The notes under the pieces are model-generated. The model saw only the letters and a list, made by a program, of their open reading frames with translations, was not told the DNA's origin and did no database searches. Positions 20,307-30,737 of a stretch of DNA of 32,000 bases are shown one piece after another (within the stretch, counting starts at the first letter, position 1; every line of letters starts with the position of its first letter). The position numbers and the translations under genes were made by a program. Origin of the DNA: Alphaproteobacteria bacterium (GTDB taxonomy: Bacteria; Pseudomonadota; Alphaproteobacteria; JAJTHO01; CANGYM01); the NCBI GenBank assembly GCA_947458145.1, contig CANGYM010000003.1, forward strand, positions 6,415-38,414. Direction: 5' to 3'.

Positions 20307-20681
20307 ATGGCTAAGAAAATATCTTCTTTTGAAAAACGTCGGGCGCGTGTTCGCAGTCAGTTAAAGACTTGTGCCACGGCACCCCATCGTTTGAGCGTTT
20401 ACCGCTCTAACACATCTCTGTATGCCCAAGTGATCGACATGACGTCGGGTCACGTGGTGGCTTCTGCCTGTTCTAGGGATGAAGAGTTTAAAAACAATCA
20501 GGCTGCGCCCCAAAAACGTTCTGTGAATGTGGCCTCATGCAAAGAGGTTGGGGTTCTTTTGGCCAAGCGTGCCTTGGAAAAAAACGTAAGCAAGGTGTAT
20601 TTTGATCGCAGCGGTTATCGCTATCACGGACGCGTCAAATCCCTGGCTGAGGGCGCCCGTGAAGGCGGTTTATTATTTTAG
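20307..20681 (+). CDS. rplR: 50S ribosomal protein L18
   Basis: [51 protein letters not shown]...[19 protein letters not shown]. Confidence 0.97.
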   Translation: MAKKISSFEKRRARVRSQLKTCATAPHRLSVYRSNTSLYAQVIDMTSGHVVASACSRDEEFKNNQAAPQKRSVNVASCKEVGVLLAKRALEKNVSKVYFDRSGYRYHGRVKSLAEGAREGGLLF

Positions 20682-20698
20682 GAAAAACGGAAAGCCTT

Positions 20699-21250
20699 AT
20701 GGATTATATCGAAAAACTGGTTGCCATTAACCGTGTGGCCAAGGTTGTTAAAGGGGGCCGTAAGTTCGCCTTCGCCGCCCTTGTGGTTGTGGGCGATGGT
20801 CAAGGCCGCGTGGGTTATGGCTCTGGTAAGGCCAAAGAGGTTCCTGAGGCCATGAAAAAAGCCATTGAAAGCGCCAAGAAAAATATGGTTCGCATCAATC
20901 TGCGTGAGGGCCGTACCCTGCATCATGATGTTGTGGGTCGCTTTGGATCGGGCCGCATTACCCTGCGCAGTGCCCCTGCGGGTACGGGAATTATTGCCGG
21001 TGGTCCGTCGCGGGCTGTGTTCGAGGCTTTGGGGGTTCACGATGTTGTGGCCAAATCTTTGGGATCATCCAACCCTTATAACATGATTCGGGCCACCTTG
21101 GCCGGATTGACGGAAACGACAGCCCCCAAGCTGGTGGCGGCCAAGCGGGATTTGAAAATTGGTGACCTCGTTCGTCGCCGTGGTGATAGCAAAGATCAGC
21201 AAGATCAAGATCAGGAGCATGGTTATGGAAACGACAGCCACGAAGCGTAA
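20699..21250 (+). CDS. rpsE: 30S ribosomal protein S5
   Basis: [59 protein letters not shown]; charged C-terminal tail [19 protein letters not shown]. Confidence 0.98.
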   Translation: MDYIEKLVAINRVAKVVKGGRKFAFAALVVVGDGQGRVGYGSGKAKEVPEAMKKAIESAKKNMVRINLREGRTLHHDVVGRFGSGRITLRSAPAGTGIIAGGPSRAVFEALGVHDVVAKSLGSSNPYNMIRATLAGLTETTAPKLVAAKRDLKIGDLVRRRGDSKDQQDQDQEHGYGNDSHEA

Positions 21251-21530
21251 AGCGACACCGGCCCAAAAGAAAGATTCTGCGGTGGCCCCTAAGGCTGTTT
21301 CCAAAAAATCCTCTTCTCAGAAAGCGGCTGCAGAGACATCCTCTACTTTGCGCTTGACCCAGCTTCGCAGTTTTTTTGGTATCTTGCCGAAACAGCAGGC
21401 CTGTTTGATTGGTTTGGGCCTGAGAAAAATCCATTCCACATCCGTGGTTCAGGACACCCCGTCTGTGCGCGGGATGATTACCAAAGTTCGTCATTTAATT
21501 CGTGTTGAGGATGGTTCTGTATGCAACTAA
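21225..21530 (+). CDS. rpmD: 50S ribosomal protein L30 with Lys/Ala/Ser-rich N-terminal extension
   Basis: L30 core [53 protein letters not shown]. Start 21225 inferred from the AGGAG at suitable spacing; overlaps the rpsE end by 26 nt. Confidence 0.85.
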   Translation: METTATKRKATPAQKKDSAVAPKAVSKKSSSQKAAAETSSTLRLTQLRSFFGILPKQQACLIGLGLRKIHSTSVVQDTPSVRGMITKVRHLIRVEDGSVCN

Positions 21531-21991
21531 ACGCTGTTCGGGATAACAAAGGCGCCCGTCGCGGCCTGATGCGCGTGGGTCGTGGTATTGGAAGCGGCAA
21601 AGGCAAAACCTGTGGTCGTGGTGGTAAAGGTCAGACGGCCCGTACCGGTGTTGCCATCAATGGGTTTGAGGGTGGGCAGATGCCCCTTCACCGCCGTTTG
21701 CCGAAAAAGGGATTCACCAACATTTTTAAAAAACAGTACGCTGTTGTGAATGTGGGCACCCTTCAGGCTGCCATAGCCACTGGTCGTTTGGATGTTTCCC
21801 AAACCGTGACCACTGCGGATCTTGTGCGCTTGGGCATCGCCTCCAAAGCCACCCACGGTCTTCGGGTTTTAAGCCAAGGTGAGATCACAACAAAAATCAC
21901 CCTGAACATTCAGGGCGTATCCCAATCGGCCCTGAAGAAAATTGAGGCTGCCGGCGGATCTGTGGTTGTTGAGGCTTTGTTGGGACGTTAA
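21521..21991 (+). CDS. rplO: 50S ribosomal protein L15
   Basis: [65 protein letters not shown]; 10 nt overlap with rpmD. Confidence 0.98.
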   Translation: MQLNAVRDNKGARRGLMRVGRGIGSGKGKTCGRGGKGQTARTGVAINGFEGGQMPLHRRLPKKGFTNIFKKQYAVVNVGTLQAAIATGRLDVSQTVTTADLVRLGIASKATHGLRVLSQGEITTKITLNIQGVSQSALKKIEAAGGSVVVEALLGR

Positions 21992-22104
21992 GGATACGTT
22001 CTAAGGAGTGCTCTGAAGAAACCCTTTCGGGGGACTGGGGCTGCTGTTTTACTCCCTGTTTCTCCTCCCGTTGTCTGGTCTGTTTTTTAGCTTGTGTGCG
22101 CTGA

Positions 22105-23145
22105 TCAAGACGGAGTGAAATGGTGGGCCGTGCGTTTTGACAGTGCCACCAGGGACAGCATGACAGGAACCTCCACCAGAACGCCCACCACCGTTGCCAA
22201 AGCTGCCCCCGAGTGAAGACCAAACAGACTGATGGCCACAGCCACGGCTAGCTCAAAAAAATTTGATGTGCCAATTAACGCGGCGGGTGCGGCTACATTA
22301 AAGGGCACACGCCACATATAAGCCCACCCGTAGGCGATGAAAAAGATACCATAGCTTTGAATCAATAAGGGTATGGCAATCAAGGCAATCACTACCGGTT
22401 GATCCAAAAGGGTTTGCGCCTGCAACCCGAACAACAACACCACCATCCACAAAAGCCCAAGCATAGCATAGGGCTTACAGCGGGTGATAAAATGATGTGT
22501 CGCCTCTATCCCTTGATGGCGGTGTAGGTGGTGTCGTGTGGCCGCTCCGGCCAGCAGAGGTATCAGCACATACAGGGCCACTGATAATAACAATGTTTCC
22601 CATGGAACCACCACGTCGGTTACCCCCAACAGCAAGGCAACCAAAGGCGCAAAAGCCACCACCATAATTAAATCGTTCACAGACACTTGGACCAGAGTGT
22701 AAGTGGCATCGCCTTTGACCATCTGGCTCCAGACAAACACCATCGCCGTGCATGGGGCAACACCCAAAAGGATCATGCCGGCAATGTATTCTTGTGCGGA
22801 TTCTGCACTGACCCAATCGGCAAACAGATGTTCAAAAAACAACAGACCCAGAGCGGTCATGGTTAAGGGTTTGATCAGCCAGTTGACCATCAAGGTGATG
22901 CACAATCCTTTGGGTTTTCTGCCCACATCTTTGATGCAGGAAAAATCCACCCCCACCATCATCGGATAAATCATAGCCCATATCAGAACCGCCACCACCA
23001 GATTGACATGGGCATATTCCAACGCTGCAATCCCCTGAAACAAGGCGGGAAACAACACACCCAACCCCACGCCCCCCATCATACCCATAGCAATCCATAG
23101 GGAAAGATACCGCTCAAAAATACCAAGAGGGGAAGGTGCGCTCAT
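22105..23145 (-). CDS. ACR3-family arsenite efflux permease
   Basis: 346 aa, about 10 TM segments; [37 protein letters not shown] and [36 protein letters not shown] are characteristic ACR3 motifs; adjacent to arsC. Confidence 0.93.
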   Translation of the reverse strand: MSAPSPLGIFERYLSLWIAMGMMGGVGLGVLFPALFQGIAALEYAHVNLVVAVLIWAMIYPMMVGVDFSCIKDVGRKPKGLCITLMVNWLIKPLTMTALGLLFFEHLFADWVSAESAQEYIAGMILLGVAPCTAMVFVWSQMVKGDATYTLVQVSVNDLIMVVAFAPLVALLLGVTDVVVPWETLLLSVALYVLIPLLAGAATRHHLHRHQGIEATHHFITRCKPYAMLGLLWMVVLLFGLQAQTLLDQPVVIALIAIPLLIQSYGIFFIAYGWAYMWRVPFNVAAPAALIGTSNFFELAVAVAISLFGLHSGAALATVVGVLVEVPVMLSLVALSKRTAHHFTPS

Positions 23146-23163
23146 AACATTCCTGTTTCTGGT

Positions 23164-23607
23164 TTAATCTTGGCCAAGGGATTGGCATTGTTCATAAGTC
23201 AGATCGGACTGTCCTAAAGCCAACAAGGCTTGTGCCCGACGTTTCAAGGTTTGGAAAACGGCTTCGAAATCAGCTTTGGTCCCCTTGGCAGGATCCGGCA
23301 CGCCCCAGTGAAGGTGCAGCGGGGCGCCTATGAACACAGGGCATGTTTCCCCCGCGGCGTCATTACAAACCGTGATGACCATATCCAAAGGATGATTGGT
23401 GAATTCATCCCACGATTGGCTTTTGGGGTTCTCTGGAACAATGCCGTGCTGTGCCAGCGTTTCTAAACTGAGGGGATGAACATAGCCAGCTGGCTGACTG
23501 CCTGCACTGACGGCCCGAACGCGCCCTGCGCCATAATGGTTCAAAATGGCCTCCAACATAATAGAGCGACAGCTGTTGCCTGTGCAGAGCACCAAGATGT
23601 TCAGCAT
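23164..23607 (-). CDS. arsC: Arsenate reductase, low-molecular-weight protein tyrosine phosphatase fold (thioredoxin-type ArsC)
   Basis: MLNILVLCTGNSCRS (CX5R active site); VITVCNDAAGETCPVF; WGVPDPAKG. Confidence 0.92.
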   Translation of the reverse strand: MLNILVLCTGNSCRSIMLEAILNHYGAGRVRAVSAGSQPAGYVHPLSLETLAQHGIVPENPKSQSWDEFTNHPLDMVITVCNDAAGETCPVFIGAPLHLHWGVPDPAKGTKADFEAVFQTLKRRAQALLALGQSDLTYEQCQSLGQD

Positions 23608-23680
23608 TGTGGGGTACCTTTTTCAGCAGTTATCCGTTTGTTTATAATGATGAATTCCCATTTGAATGGTTTATCAAAGG

Positions 23681-25063
23681 CTACAGTTTCTTTTTCTTAT
23701 CTCTGGCCGTTTTCTGGGCTTGGCGTAGGTCCTGAAGCTTGATCCATCCATCATCCCCTTCTTTCAGGGTTAGGGCCGCCCGTTGGATGTGGATGTCCAC
23801 TTGTTTGAGGTCATTGCCCAAAAGGGCGATTTCGGCCAAGGAAAGCTCGGCCATCCCCTTTTTCCCCAAACCGGCCTGCGCAATGCTGAGGGATCGCCAT
23901 GCCAAGGCGTTGTAGGGTTCTTTTTGGGCGACAAATCCCAAATGCTCTTCGGCGCTGCGGTAAAGGCCTTTTTTCTTGGCATCGTCGGTTTCTTTTTTGG
24001 CCCGATTCACATAGGCGTTCCCCAAAGACAGGCGGATGAGGGCATCAAAGGGAAGGGCCTGATAGGCCTTTTGATAGGCCGCAAAGCTTTTGTCTTCGTG
24101 ACCATTCATGGCCTCAAGCTGTCCGATGGTATCATAAAGATAAAAATGCCAAGGGTAAGCGGTCAGAAGCGCCTGCATCCCAGCACGTCCCTGATCCACC
24201 AGATGCTGCCGATAATCCCCTATGGCGCGGGCATAGCGGACATCTAGGACGTCTTTTGATGTGGGCAGGGCTTTTAAATCGCTTTCCCTCGTCAAAAAGC
24301 CCGTTAATTTTCCCCGCACAAAAGAAAGCTGGTCATCCTGACGCTGGGTGCTGCGCGTGCCGCGATGGGGGGATTGGGCAATGGCTTTTTCTAAAAAATG
24401 CAGTCGCTCGGTGTCTGTGGGGTGGGTGCGCATATAGGGGCTTCCCTCTTCCCGCCATTGGTTAGAAATGGATAGGGTATTGAGGAAATCATAAAGCCCC
24501 TCAGGGGACAGCTTTAACCGCTCTAAAATCGTCACGGCGGCGGCATCTGCCGCGCGTTCTTGGGTGCGGGTGTATTGCAGAAAATTTTGCAGCGTCAACT
24601 GGGCGCCGGCGGCTAAAATCAGAAATCCCATTTCCGGATTGTTCAAAAGAAGCGCGCTGGTCAAAACATAGCTTAAAATTTGGGGCGTGCTCAGTTTATC
24701 CAGCTGATCCTGTGTGCGGGCCAGATGGCCGCCGGAAATATGCCCCACTTCGTGGGCAATGACACCGATCACTTCGTCGGCGCGTTTGGCTTTGGTCAAA
24801 AGACCCGTGTGGAAAAAGATATTTTGCCCCCCCGCCACAAACGCATTCAGTGAGGGATCATTGACAATAAAAATGCGAATGCTTTGGGGGTGCAGCCCTG
24901 CGGCCTCAAAAACCGGCGTGGAAAAATCGCGCAAAACAGATTCCACTTCTGCATCCCGAATCAGGCTTGGCCCCCCCCCCGCTTGTGCCGCCAAAAAAGG
25001 GGTGGCGATCAGCAGAAGCATCATCCCAAAAACAACGAAAAACCTGCTAAAGCAACGCATCAA
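23681..25063 (-). CDS. M48-family zinc metalloprotease with C-terminal TPR region (BepA-like)
   Basis: Signal peptide; NAFVAGGQNIFFHTGLL; HEXXH motif VIAHEVGHISGGHLAR; TPR-like C-terminal half. Confidence 0.9.
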   Translation of the reverse strand: MMRCFSRFFVVFGMMLLLIATPFLAAQAGGGPSLIRDAEVESVLRDFSTPVFEAAGLHPQSIRIFIVNDPSLNAFVAGGQNIFFHTGLLTKAKRADEVIGVIAHEVGHISGGHLARTQDQLDKLSTPQILSYVLTSALLLNNPEMGFLILAAGAQLTLQNFLQYTRTQERAADAAAVTILERLKLSPEGLYDFLNTLSISNQWREEGSPYMRTHPTDTERLHFLEKAIAQSPHRGTRSTQRQDDQLSFVRGKLTGFLTRESDLKALPTSKDVLDVRYARAIGDYRQHLVDQGRAGMQALLTAYPWHFYLYDTIGQLEAMNGHEDKSFAAYQKAYQALPFDALIRLSLGNAYVNRAKKETDDAKKKGLYRSAEEHLGFVAQKEPYNALAWRSLSIAQAGLGKKGMAELSLAEIALLGNDLKQVDIHIQRAALTLKEGDDGWIKLQDLRQAQKTARDKKKKL

Positions 25064-27561
25064 TAGATTCCATCCAGACTCTCAGGGGATTCCCCGCTGC
25101 CATCCAAAGAAGGCCCCGTGCTGTCCCCGGGGACTTCCACGGTTTTTTGTTCCAAATCCTGACCGGGGATAAAGGCCTCAATAATGCTGCCTGGTGTGTC
25201 TGGTGGTACCACCACACCTGAGTGCAAATCGGTGGACACCAAACGAATACCAGAGGGCATCCGAAACGGCACAGAGGGCATGGTGGGCAAAATGGTTTTC
25301 ATAAAATCAATAAACACGGGCACCGCCACGTTGCCGCCGGTTTCTTTGCGGCCCAAGGTTTGGGGTTGATCGTATCCGTAATAAATTCCCACCACCAAAT
25401 CGGGGGAAAAGCCCAAAAACCAAACATCGCGGCTATCGTTGGTGGTTCCCGTTTTTCCCGCCAAAGCATAACCCGGAAACGTCGCGCCAATTTTGGCCCC
25501 CGTTCCCCGTGCCACAACCCCGCTGAGGATATTCACAACCTGATACACTTGGCGGGGATCCGCCAAAGTTTCCCGATCATCAGGCAACAGGGGGGGGGCC
25601 TGATCTTGCCAAGTTTGATTCAAACAGGAATCACAGGGGCGATTGTCGTGACGAAAGATCGTTTTTCCATAACGATCTTGGATCCGGTCCACCAAAGATG
25701 GGCGGATTTTTTTGCCCCCATTCACCAGCTCGCCGTAGGCCTGAGTCATTTTCAAAAGTGTGGTTTCGTTGGATCCCAAGACTGAAGAATAATAAGGGGG
25801 CATTTTATCGTAAATCCCAAACCGGTGGGCAATATCCTGTATGGGCTTTAACCCGATAGCGAGGGCCAAACGTACAGTCATCAGGTTACGCGAAAGTTCC
25901 ATGCCCCGCCGCAAGGTGGTGAGACCATAAAAATCATCGGAATAATTGCTGGGCCTCCAGATACGGTCCTGATCTGCACCCAAAATCTCCATCACCACCG
26001 GCGCATCCAACAGGCGGCTGTTGGGGGCATAGCCCGATTCCATCGCCGCTAAAGCGACAAAGGGCTTAAACGAAGAGCCAGGTTGCCGCGTGGCCTGCGT
26101 GGCACGGTTAAATTCACTGCCATCAAAGGATGTCCCCCCCACCATGGCGTAAATGCGCCCCGTGTGGGGATCCAGAGCCATCATGGCCCCATTGACTTTG
26201 GGCACCTGCTGAATGGTCCAGGATTCTTGTGTCTGGGTTGTTTGTTCTGTGTCTTTGGTGCTGTCTACGGGGGGCTTAACGGTGTCTTTGGCGATCCAAA
26301 GGATATCCCCCGCAGAGACAATATCTGCAAACGAGGTGATGGAAAGAAACGGCTGATCGGCTTTTTTGGCCACCCGCATTTTCCAAGCCAAGGCTGAACG
26401 GGGTAAGGTTAAGGAACGTCCATCTTCAGTGGCTCCAGAAATAGTTTGTTTTTCAACGGATTGAACATAAAAAAGTGTCCACCCCAAACGTGCGAAAGCA
26501 TGGGCATAGTGCCGCCAGCACAGGGGATTGTTGGGATCATCGCAGTCCGTTGGTAAAGACGCGGCCCGTCCCACCACACCATCCCACGCCCGCGCCCGAC
26601 GATCAAAGGCCACCGCCCCGCGCATGAAGGCCTTTTGCGCCTCTTCCTGCATCATGGGATTTAAGGTTGTTCGCACAGACAATCCGCCTGTATACAGAGC
26701 CTGAGATCCATACCGGTTGACCAAATCGCGACGAATTTCCTCAGAAAAATACGGGGCATCGACATAGGAAAGCGTGAAGGCTTTAGGGGGCAAAAGGGGT
26801 TTTTTTTGATACAAAGCCACATCGTCTGGTTTTAAAACCCCCGTTTCCCCCATGCGGGAGAGAACCCAATTGCGCCTAGCCAGCGCCGCATCGTGGTTTT
26901 TCACAGGGTGATAGTTGCTGGGTGCTTTGGGCAAGGCGGCCAAAAAGGCGGCTTCGTCAGGGGTGAGTTCGGTGAGGGCTTTGCCAAAATATCGCTGCGC
27001 GGCGCTGCCAATGCCATAGCTGCCCAAACCAAAATAAATTTCATTCAGGTACAATTCCAAAATGGTTTCTTTGGACATGGCTTTTTCGATGCGAAAGGCC
27101 ACAATGGCTTCTTTGACTTTGCGCTCTAAGGATTTTTCATTCCCCACCAAAAAGTTTTTGGCCACCTGCTGGGTGATGGTCGATGCCCCCTGACGTCGCC
27201 CCGTATGATTCACCCACGACCAAGCATTCAGGAAAACGGCCCGCGTGACCCCCCGAAAACTGACCCCTTTGTGATGAAAAAAATCCGCGTCTTCGGATGC
27301 CAAAAACGCATGAACCACCAGGGGGGGCATCATGCTATAGGGGACAAAAACACGGCGTTGTTCGGCATATTCCGTGATCATTTGCCCATCGGCGGCATAA
27401 AGGCGCGTCGTGATTTTCGGGGTATACTGTTTCAGGGTTTCATGATCGGGCAAATTTCTGCTGAAATAAACATATCCCACCCCAAGAGCCACCCCCCCCA
27501 CCATCGCCAGAGACAGCATCACAGAAAATGTTAAAATCAAAAAACGGCGCATATTTCGCAT
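25060..27561 (-). CDS. mrcA: Class A penicillin-binding protein 1A (bifunctional transglycosylase/transpeptidase)
   Basis: GT51 motifs EDADFFHHKGVSFRGV, RRQGASTITQQVAKNF, ELYLNEIYFGLGSYGIGSAAQRYFGK; transpeptidase RQPGSSFKPFVALAAME, SRNLMTVRLA, AGKTGTTND. Confidence 0.96.
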   Translation of the reverse strand: MRNMRRFLILTFSVMLSLAMVGGVALGVGYVYFSRNLPDHETLKQYTPKITTRLYAADGQMITEYAEQRRVFVPYSMMPPLVVHAFLASEDADFFHHKGVSFRGVTRAVFLNAWSWVNHTGRRQGASTITQQVAKNFLVGNEKSLERKVKEAIVAFRIEKAMSKETILELYLNEIYFGLGSYGIGSAAQRYFGKALTELTPDEAAFLAALPKAPSNYHPVKNHDAALARRNWVLSRMGETGVLKPDDVALYQKKPLLPPKAFTLSYVDAPYFSEEIRRDLVNRYGSQALYTGGLSVRTTLNPMMQEEAQKAFMRGAVAFDRRARAWDGVVGRAASLPTDCDDPNNPLCWRHYAHAFARLGWTLFYVQSVEKQTISGATEDGRSLTLPRSALAWKMRVAKKADQPFLSITSFADIVSAGDILWIAKDTVKPPVDSTKDTEQTTQTQESWTIQQVPKVNGAMMALDPHTGRIYAMVGGTSFDGSEFNRATQATRQPGSSFKPFVALAAMESGYAPNSRLLDAPVVMEILGADQDRIWRPSNYSDDFYGLTTLRRGMELSRNLMTVRLALAIGLKPIQDIAHRFGIYDKMPPYYSSVLGSNETTLLKMTQAYGELVNGGKKIRPSLVDRIQDRYGKTIFRHDNRPCDSCLNQTWQDQAPPLLPDDRETLADPRQVYQVVNILSGVVARGTGAKIGATFPGYALAGKTGTTNDSRDVWFLGFSPDLVVGIYYGYDQPQTLGRKETGGNVAVPVFIDFMKTILPTMPSVPFRMPSGIRLVSTDLHSGVVVPPDTPGSIIEAFIPGQDLEQKTVEVPGDSTGPSLDGSGESPESLDGIY

Positions 27562-27564
27562 ACG

Positions 27565-28917
27565 TTAGGGCTGCCACGATACATGTTGAGAAGTTTTGGG
27601 ATGATCGTTGAAATAGGATTGTGTTGCTGCCACAATCCCCCGCACCAATTTTTCACGATGGCTCTTTTGTAACAACAGCCATTCTTCCTTGGGGTTGGAT
27701 AAATATCCCATTTCAATCAAAACCGATGGCACATCCGGTGCCTTTAAAACCACAAACCCCGCAAAACGGTGGGATTCGTATTTCAGTTTAATGGATGAAG
27801 ATAGCTCTGTCACCAAGCGCGTGGCATAATCCGCCGAGGCATTCATGGTGCCCCGCTGGACCAGATCAATCAAAATGTTGCTGACATCTTCGGATTCCCC
27901 CGATAAATCAACGCCGGCGATAATGTCGGACTGGTTTTCTTTGTTGGCCAGCTTGGCCGCTTCGCGGTCAGACGCCCGTTCAGACAGGGTATAGACAGAC
28001 ATACCCGTGGCTTCGGCATTAATCGCTGAATCCGCATGCAGGGAAATGAACAAATCCGCCTTGGCCGAACGCGCCACATCAATCCGCCCCCTGAGTGAAA
28101 CATAACTATCGCCGTTTCGTGTCAGGACCACTTTATATCCTGGCAAGGCCCGAAAGGCGGCGGCCAATTCTTGCGCGGCTTTTAAAACCAGATCTTTTTC
28201 TTGGGTGCCGCGCTTACCCGTGGCCCCCGGGTCTTTGCCCCCATGACCAGGATCCAAAACAATGACGATGGGCTCATTGGAAACAGAGGCGGATGTTTTG
28301 TTTTTTTCTGTTTTTAGGGGCTCAGGAGTAGACGATAATGCCTCCTGCTTTGGGGTATTTTGGGTCTCTTGACTGTCTTTGGGGGCAGATAAAACAACAG
28401 GTGCCAAGGGGGTTTTTGTGTCTGCTGTTAGAGATGTTTCAGCGTTTGGTGTATCCTGAAGGGGCGTATCTTTCTTGACCATCATCAAAGGTCGAGGTTG
28501 TGATTCCTGAGGAACGCTGGTTTTTTTGTCTGCCATCACGCGGCTGGCGGGACGGATTTTGGAAAAAGAAATGGACAGGACAGGGGGGCGATAGCCTGCT
28601 TCAACCGAGGCGCTTCCCACCAGATCAAAAACCAATCGATAGGTATTAGGGCTGTTTTTTGCCCGACGAAAGGCCTTGACAACCCCTTCCTTGGGCAAGG
28701 AGGGGTTTTGAGCATTCCAAGCGGTTTTTTTCAGATCAATCACCAAACGATCCGGATGCGTCAACGTAAAAACCCGCATTTCAGGTTTTGTTTTTTCCAG
28801 AAAGGTCATTTGAATGGATTTTGGCCCCACATTCAGGGCCATAAGGGCGTTGGGATCAGCATTTGCGCCACCCCCAAAGGCCAAAATCAGAAAAAATAAC
28901 CACAGCGCGGCCTTCAT
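27565..28917 (-). CDS. N-acetylmuramoyl-L-alanine amidase with N-terminal AMIN domain (AmiC-like)
   Basis: AMIN-like N-terminus (RVFTLTHPDRLVIDLKK); Amidase_3 motifs IVLDPGHGGKDPGATG, FISLHADSA, PSVLIEMGYLSN. Confidence 0.93.
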   Translation of the reverse strand: MKAALWLFFLILAFGGGANADPNALMALNVGPKSIQMTFLEKTKPEMRVFTLTHPDRLVIDLKKTAWNAQNPSLPKEGVVKAFRRAKNSPNTYRLVFDLVGSASVEAGYRPPVLSISFSKIRPASRVMADKKTSVPQESQPRPLMMVKKDTPLQDTPNAETSLTADTKTPLAPVVLSAPKDSQETQNTPKQEALSSTPEPLKTEKNKTSASVSNEPIVIVLDPGHGGKDPGATGKRGTQEKDLVLKAAQELAAAFRALPGYKVVLTRNGDSYVSLRGRIDVARSAKADLFISLHADSAINAEATGMSVYTLSERASDREAAKLANKENQSDIIAGVDLSGESEDVSNILIDLVQRGTMNASADYATRLVTELSSSIKLKYESHRFAGFVVLKAPDVPSVLIEMGYLSNPKEEWLLLQKSHREKLVRGIVAATQSYFNDHPKTSQHVSWQP

Positions 28918-28940
28918 GGTTTTTCTTTATTCTTTTGTTC

Positions 28941-30737
28941 TTAAGATTCCAGAACCATTTTAACAGTCCCCGCCAATTGTTTCAAGCTAAAGGGTTTGGG
29001 GATAAAATGGACATGATCCAAACTTTCCAGCTTTGTTCGAATGCTTTCTTCCGCATAGCCGGAAACGCAAATGACTTTCAGATCGGGATCTTTTTTGCGC
29101 ATAATTTCAATTAAGGTTGGTCCATCAATCACCGGCATCATCACATCCGTCAGCAAAAGGTCGATTTTCAAATCAGGATCGTTTTGCAGGATTTGCAGAG
29201 CCACATCACCGCTGCGGGCTTCAATGACCGTATACCCCTTGTTTTTTAAAACACGAGAGCTGAAAATCCGCACGGGATCTTCATCCTCAACAAGCAGGAT
29301 GGTCCCCATACCGGTTAAATCACCGGTTTTTTCTTCAGTCACCACTTCAGCAACGCGCTCGGGCCCCGTATAGCGGGGCAGATAGATTTTAAAGGTCGTG
29401 CCGCGCCCGAGGGCGCTGTTCACCTCGATAATGCCGCCGCTTTGGCGCACAATGCCATAAACGGTGGCCAAACCCAATCCTGTCCCTGAACCCACCTCTT
29501 TTGTGGAAAAAAAGGGATCAAAAATTTTGTTTAAATGGGCAGGATCAATCCCCTTGCCTGTATCGGTCACACTCAGGATCACATAATCGCCTGAGGGTGT
29601 GGTGTCATTTCCGATATTTAAGGCCTCTGTCAACGTCATATTTTCTGTTCGCAGCAACAAGGATCCGCCATGCTCCATGGCATCACGGGCATTGACGCAT
29701 AAATTCACAATAACTTGCTCTAGCTGGGTTTTATCGGCGCGGACGTTCCAGAGTTCCCTGACATGCTGAACATCCAACTGGATGGATTCGCCAATTAATC
29801 GTTGCAGCAAATGGGTAATCTCAGCAATGGCATCTGGTATTTTTAAAACCTGAAGCTCCAGCTTTTGTTGACGGGAAAACGCCAACAATTGACGCACCAA
29901 CGCGGTGGCCCGTTTTGCGTTTTGATGAATGTGGTTGATATCGGCAAAAGACGGATCCCCCGCAATATGCCGCTGCAAAAGCAAATCGCAAAAACCACTG
30001 ATGGCGGTGAGCAAATTATTAAAATCATGGGCAATCCCCCCTGCCAATTGCCCAACAGCCTGCATCTTTTGGGATTGGGAAAATTGCATTTCCAGCATTT
30101 TGCGATCGGTAATATCCATCAGATACACCAAAAACTCAGCAGGTAGGCTTTTTTTATCCGAGGACAATAACTGCAAATGAACCAGCAATGTTTTTTCAGG
30201 CCCAGAAAGATCAATTTTTTTTAACACGTTGAAGGATTTTAGGGGCATTTCAAAACGGGCATACCGTTTTTCGGCAACGGAGGTTTCAAATTGAGACGCT
30301 ATATAGTTTTTTTGGGAATCATCAATAAAATCAAGAAAATCCTGATTAAAAATACGGTCCTCTTCCAGCCCGATCATCTCGCAGAACGCAGGGTTCATGC
30401 TTTTGATTTTCCGGCTTTCTTCCAAAAGGGCCAATCCAAAGGGGGCATTAAAGAAATAGGATTGAAGGAGGTCTTTATCCTGTAAAATAATCTGCTGACC
30501 CCGTGTATAAGACAGCTCTGAAAATCGAGATCTTGTGTTATATTTTCGTTTATAATTCTGAAAAACAACAAGCCCAAAAAGACCAAGGCTGGCCATCAGA
30601 AGAACAAAATACCACACATAAAGAAACAAAAGGCTGTTTAAACGGCTCGTGATATACACCACCAAACAGGTCACTAAGATCATGAGTGTTGAGGTTATAA
30701 AAAACCCTTTTTGCGAGCTAAAGAAGGTTTTCATCAT
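28941..30737 (-). CDS. cckA: CckA-type PAS-containing hybrid histidine kinase with C-terminal receiver domain
   Basis: Two TM helices; PAS; H-box QLAGGIAHDFNNLLTAISGFCDLLL; N-box VNLCVNARDAM; GSGTGLGLATVYGIVRQSGG; receiver TILLVEDEDPVR...LLLTDVMMPVIDGP...ICVSGYAEE...FIPKPFSLKQL. Confidence 0.88.
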   Translation of the reverse strand: MMKTFFSSQKGFFITSTLMILVTCLVVYITSRLNSLLFLYVWYFVLLMASLGLFGLVVFQNYKRKYNTRSRFSELSYTRGQQIILQDKDLLQSYFFNAPFGLALLEESRKIKSMNPAFCEMIGLEEDRIFNQDFLDFIDDSQKNYIASQFETSVAEKRYARFEMPLKSFNVLKKIDLSGPEKTLLVHLQLLSSDKKSLPAEFLVYLMDITDRKMLEMQFSQSQKMQAVGQLAGGIAHDFNNLLTAISGFCDLLLQRHIAGDPSFADINHIHQNAKRATALVRQLLAFSRQQKLELQVLKIPDAIAEITHLLQRLIGESIQLDVQHVRELWNVRADKTQLEQVIVNLCVNARDAMEHGGSLLLRTENMTLTEALNIGNDTTPSGDYVILSVTDTGKGIDPAHLNKIFDPFFSTKEVGSGTGLGLATVYGIVRQSGGIIEVNSALGRGTTFKIYLPRYTGPERVAEVVTEEKTGDLTGMGTILLVEDEDPVRIFSSRVLKNKGYTVIEARSGDVALQILQNDPDLKIDLLLTDVMMPVIDGPTLIEIMRKKDPDLKVICVSGYAEESIRTKLESLDHVHFIPKPFSLKQLAGTVKMVLES

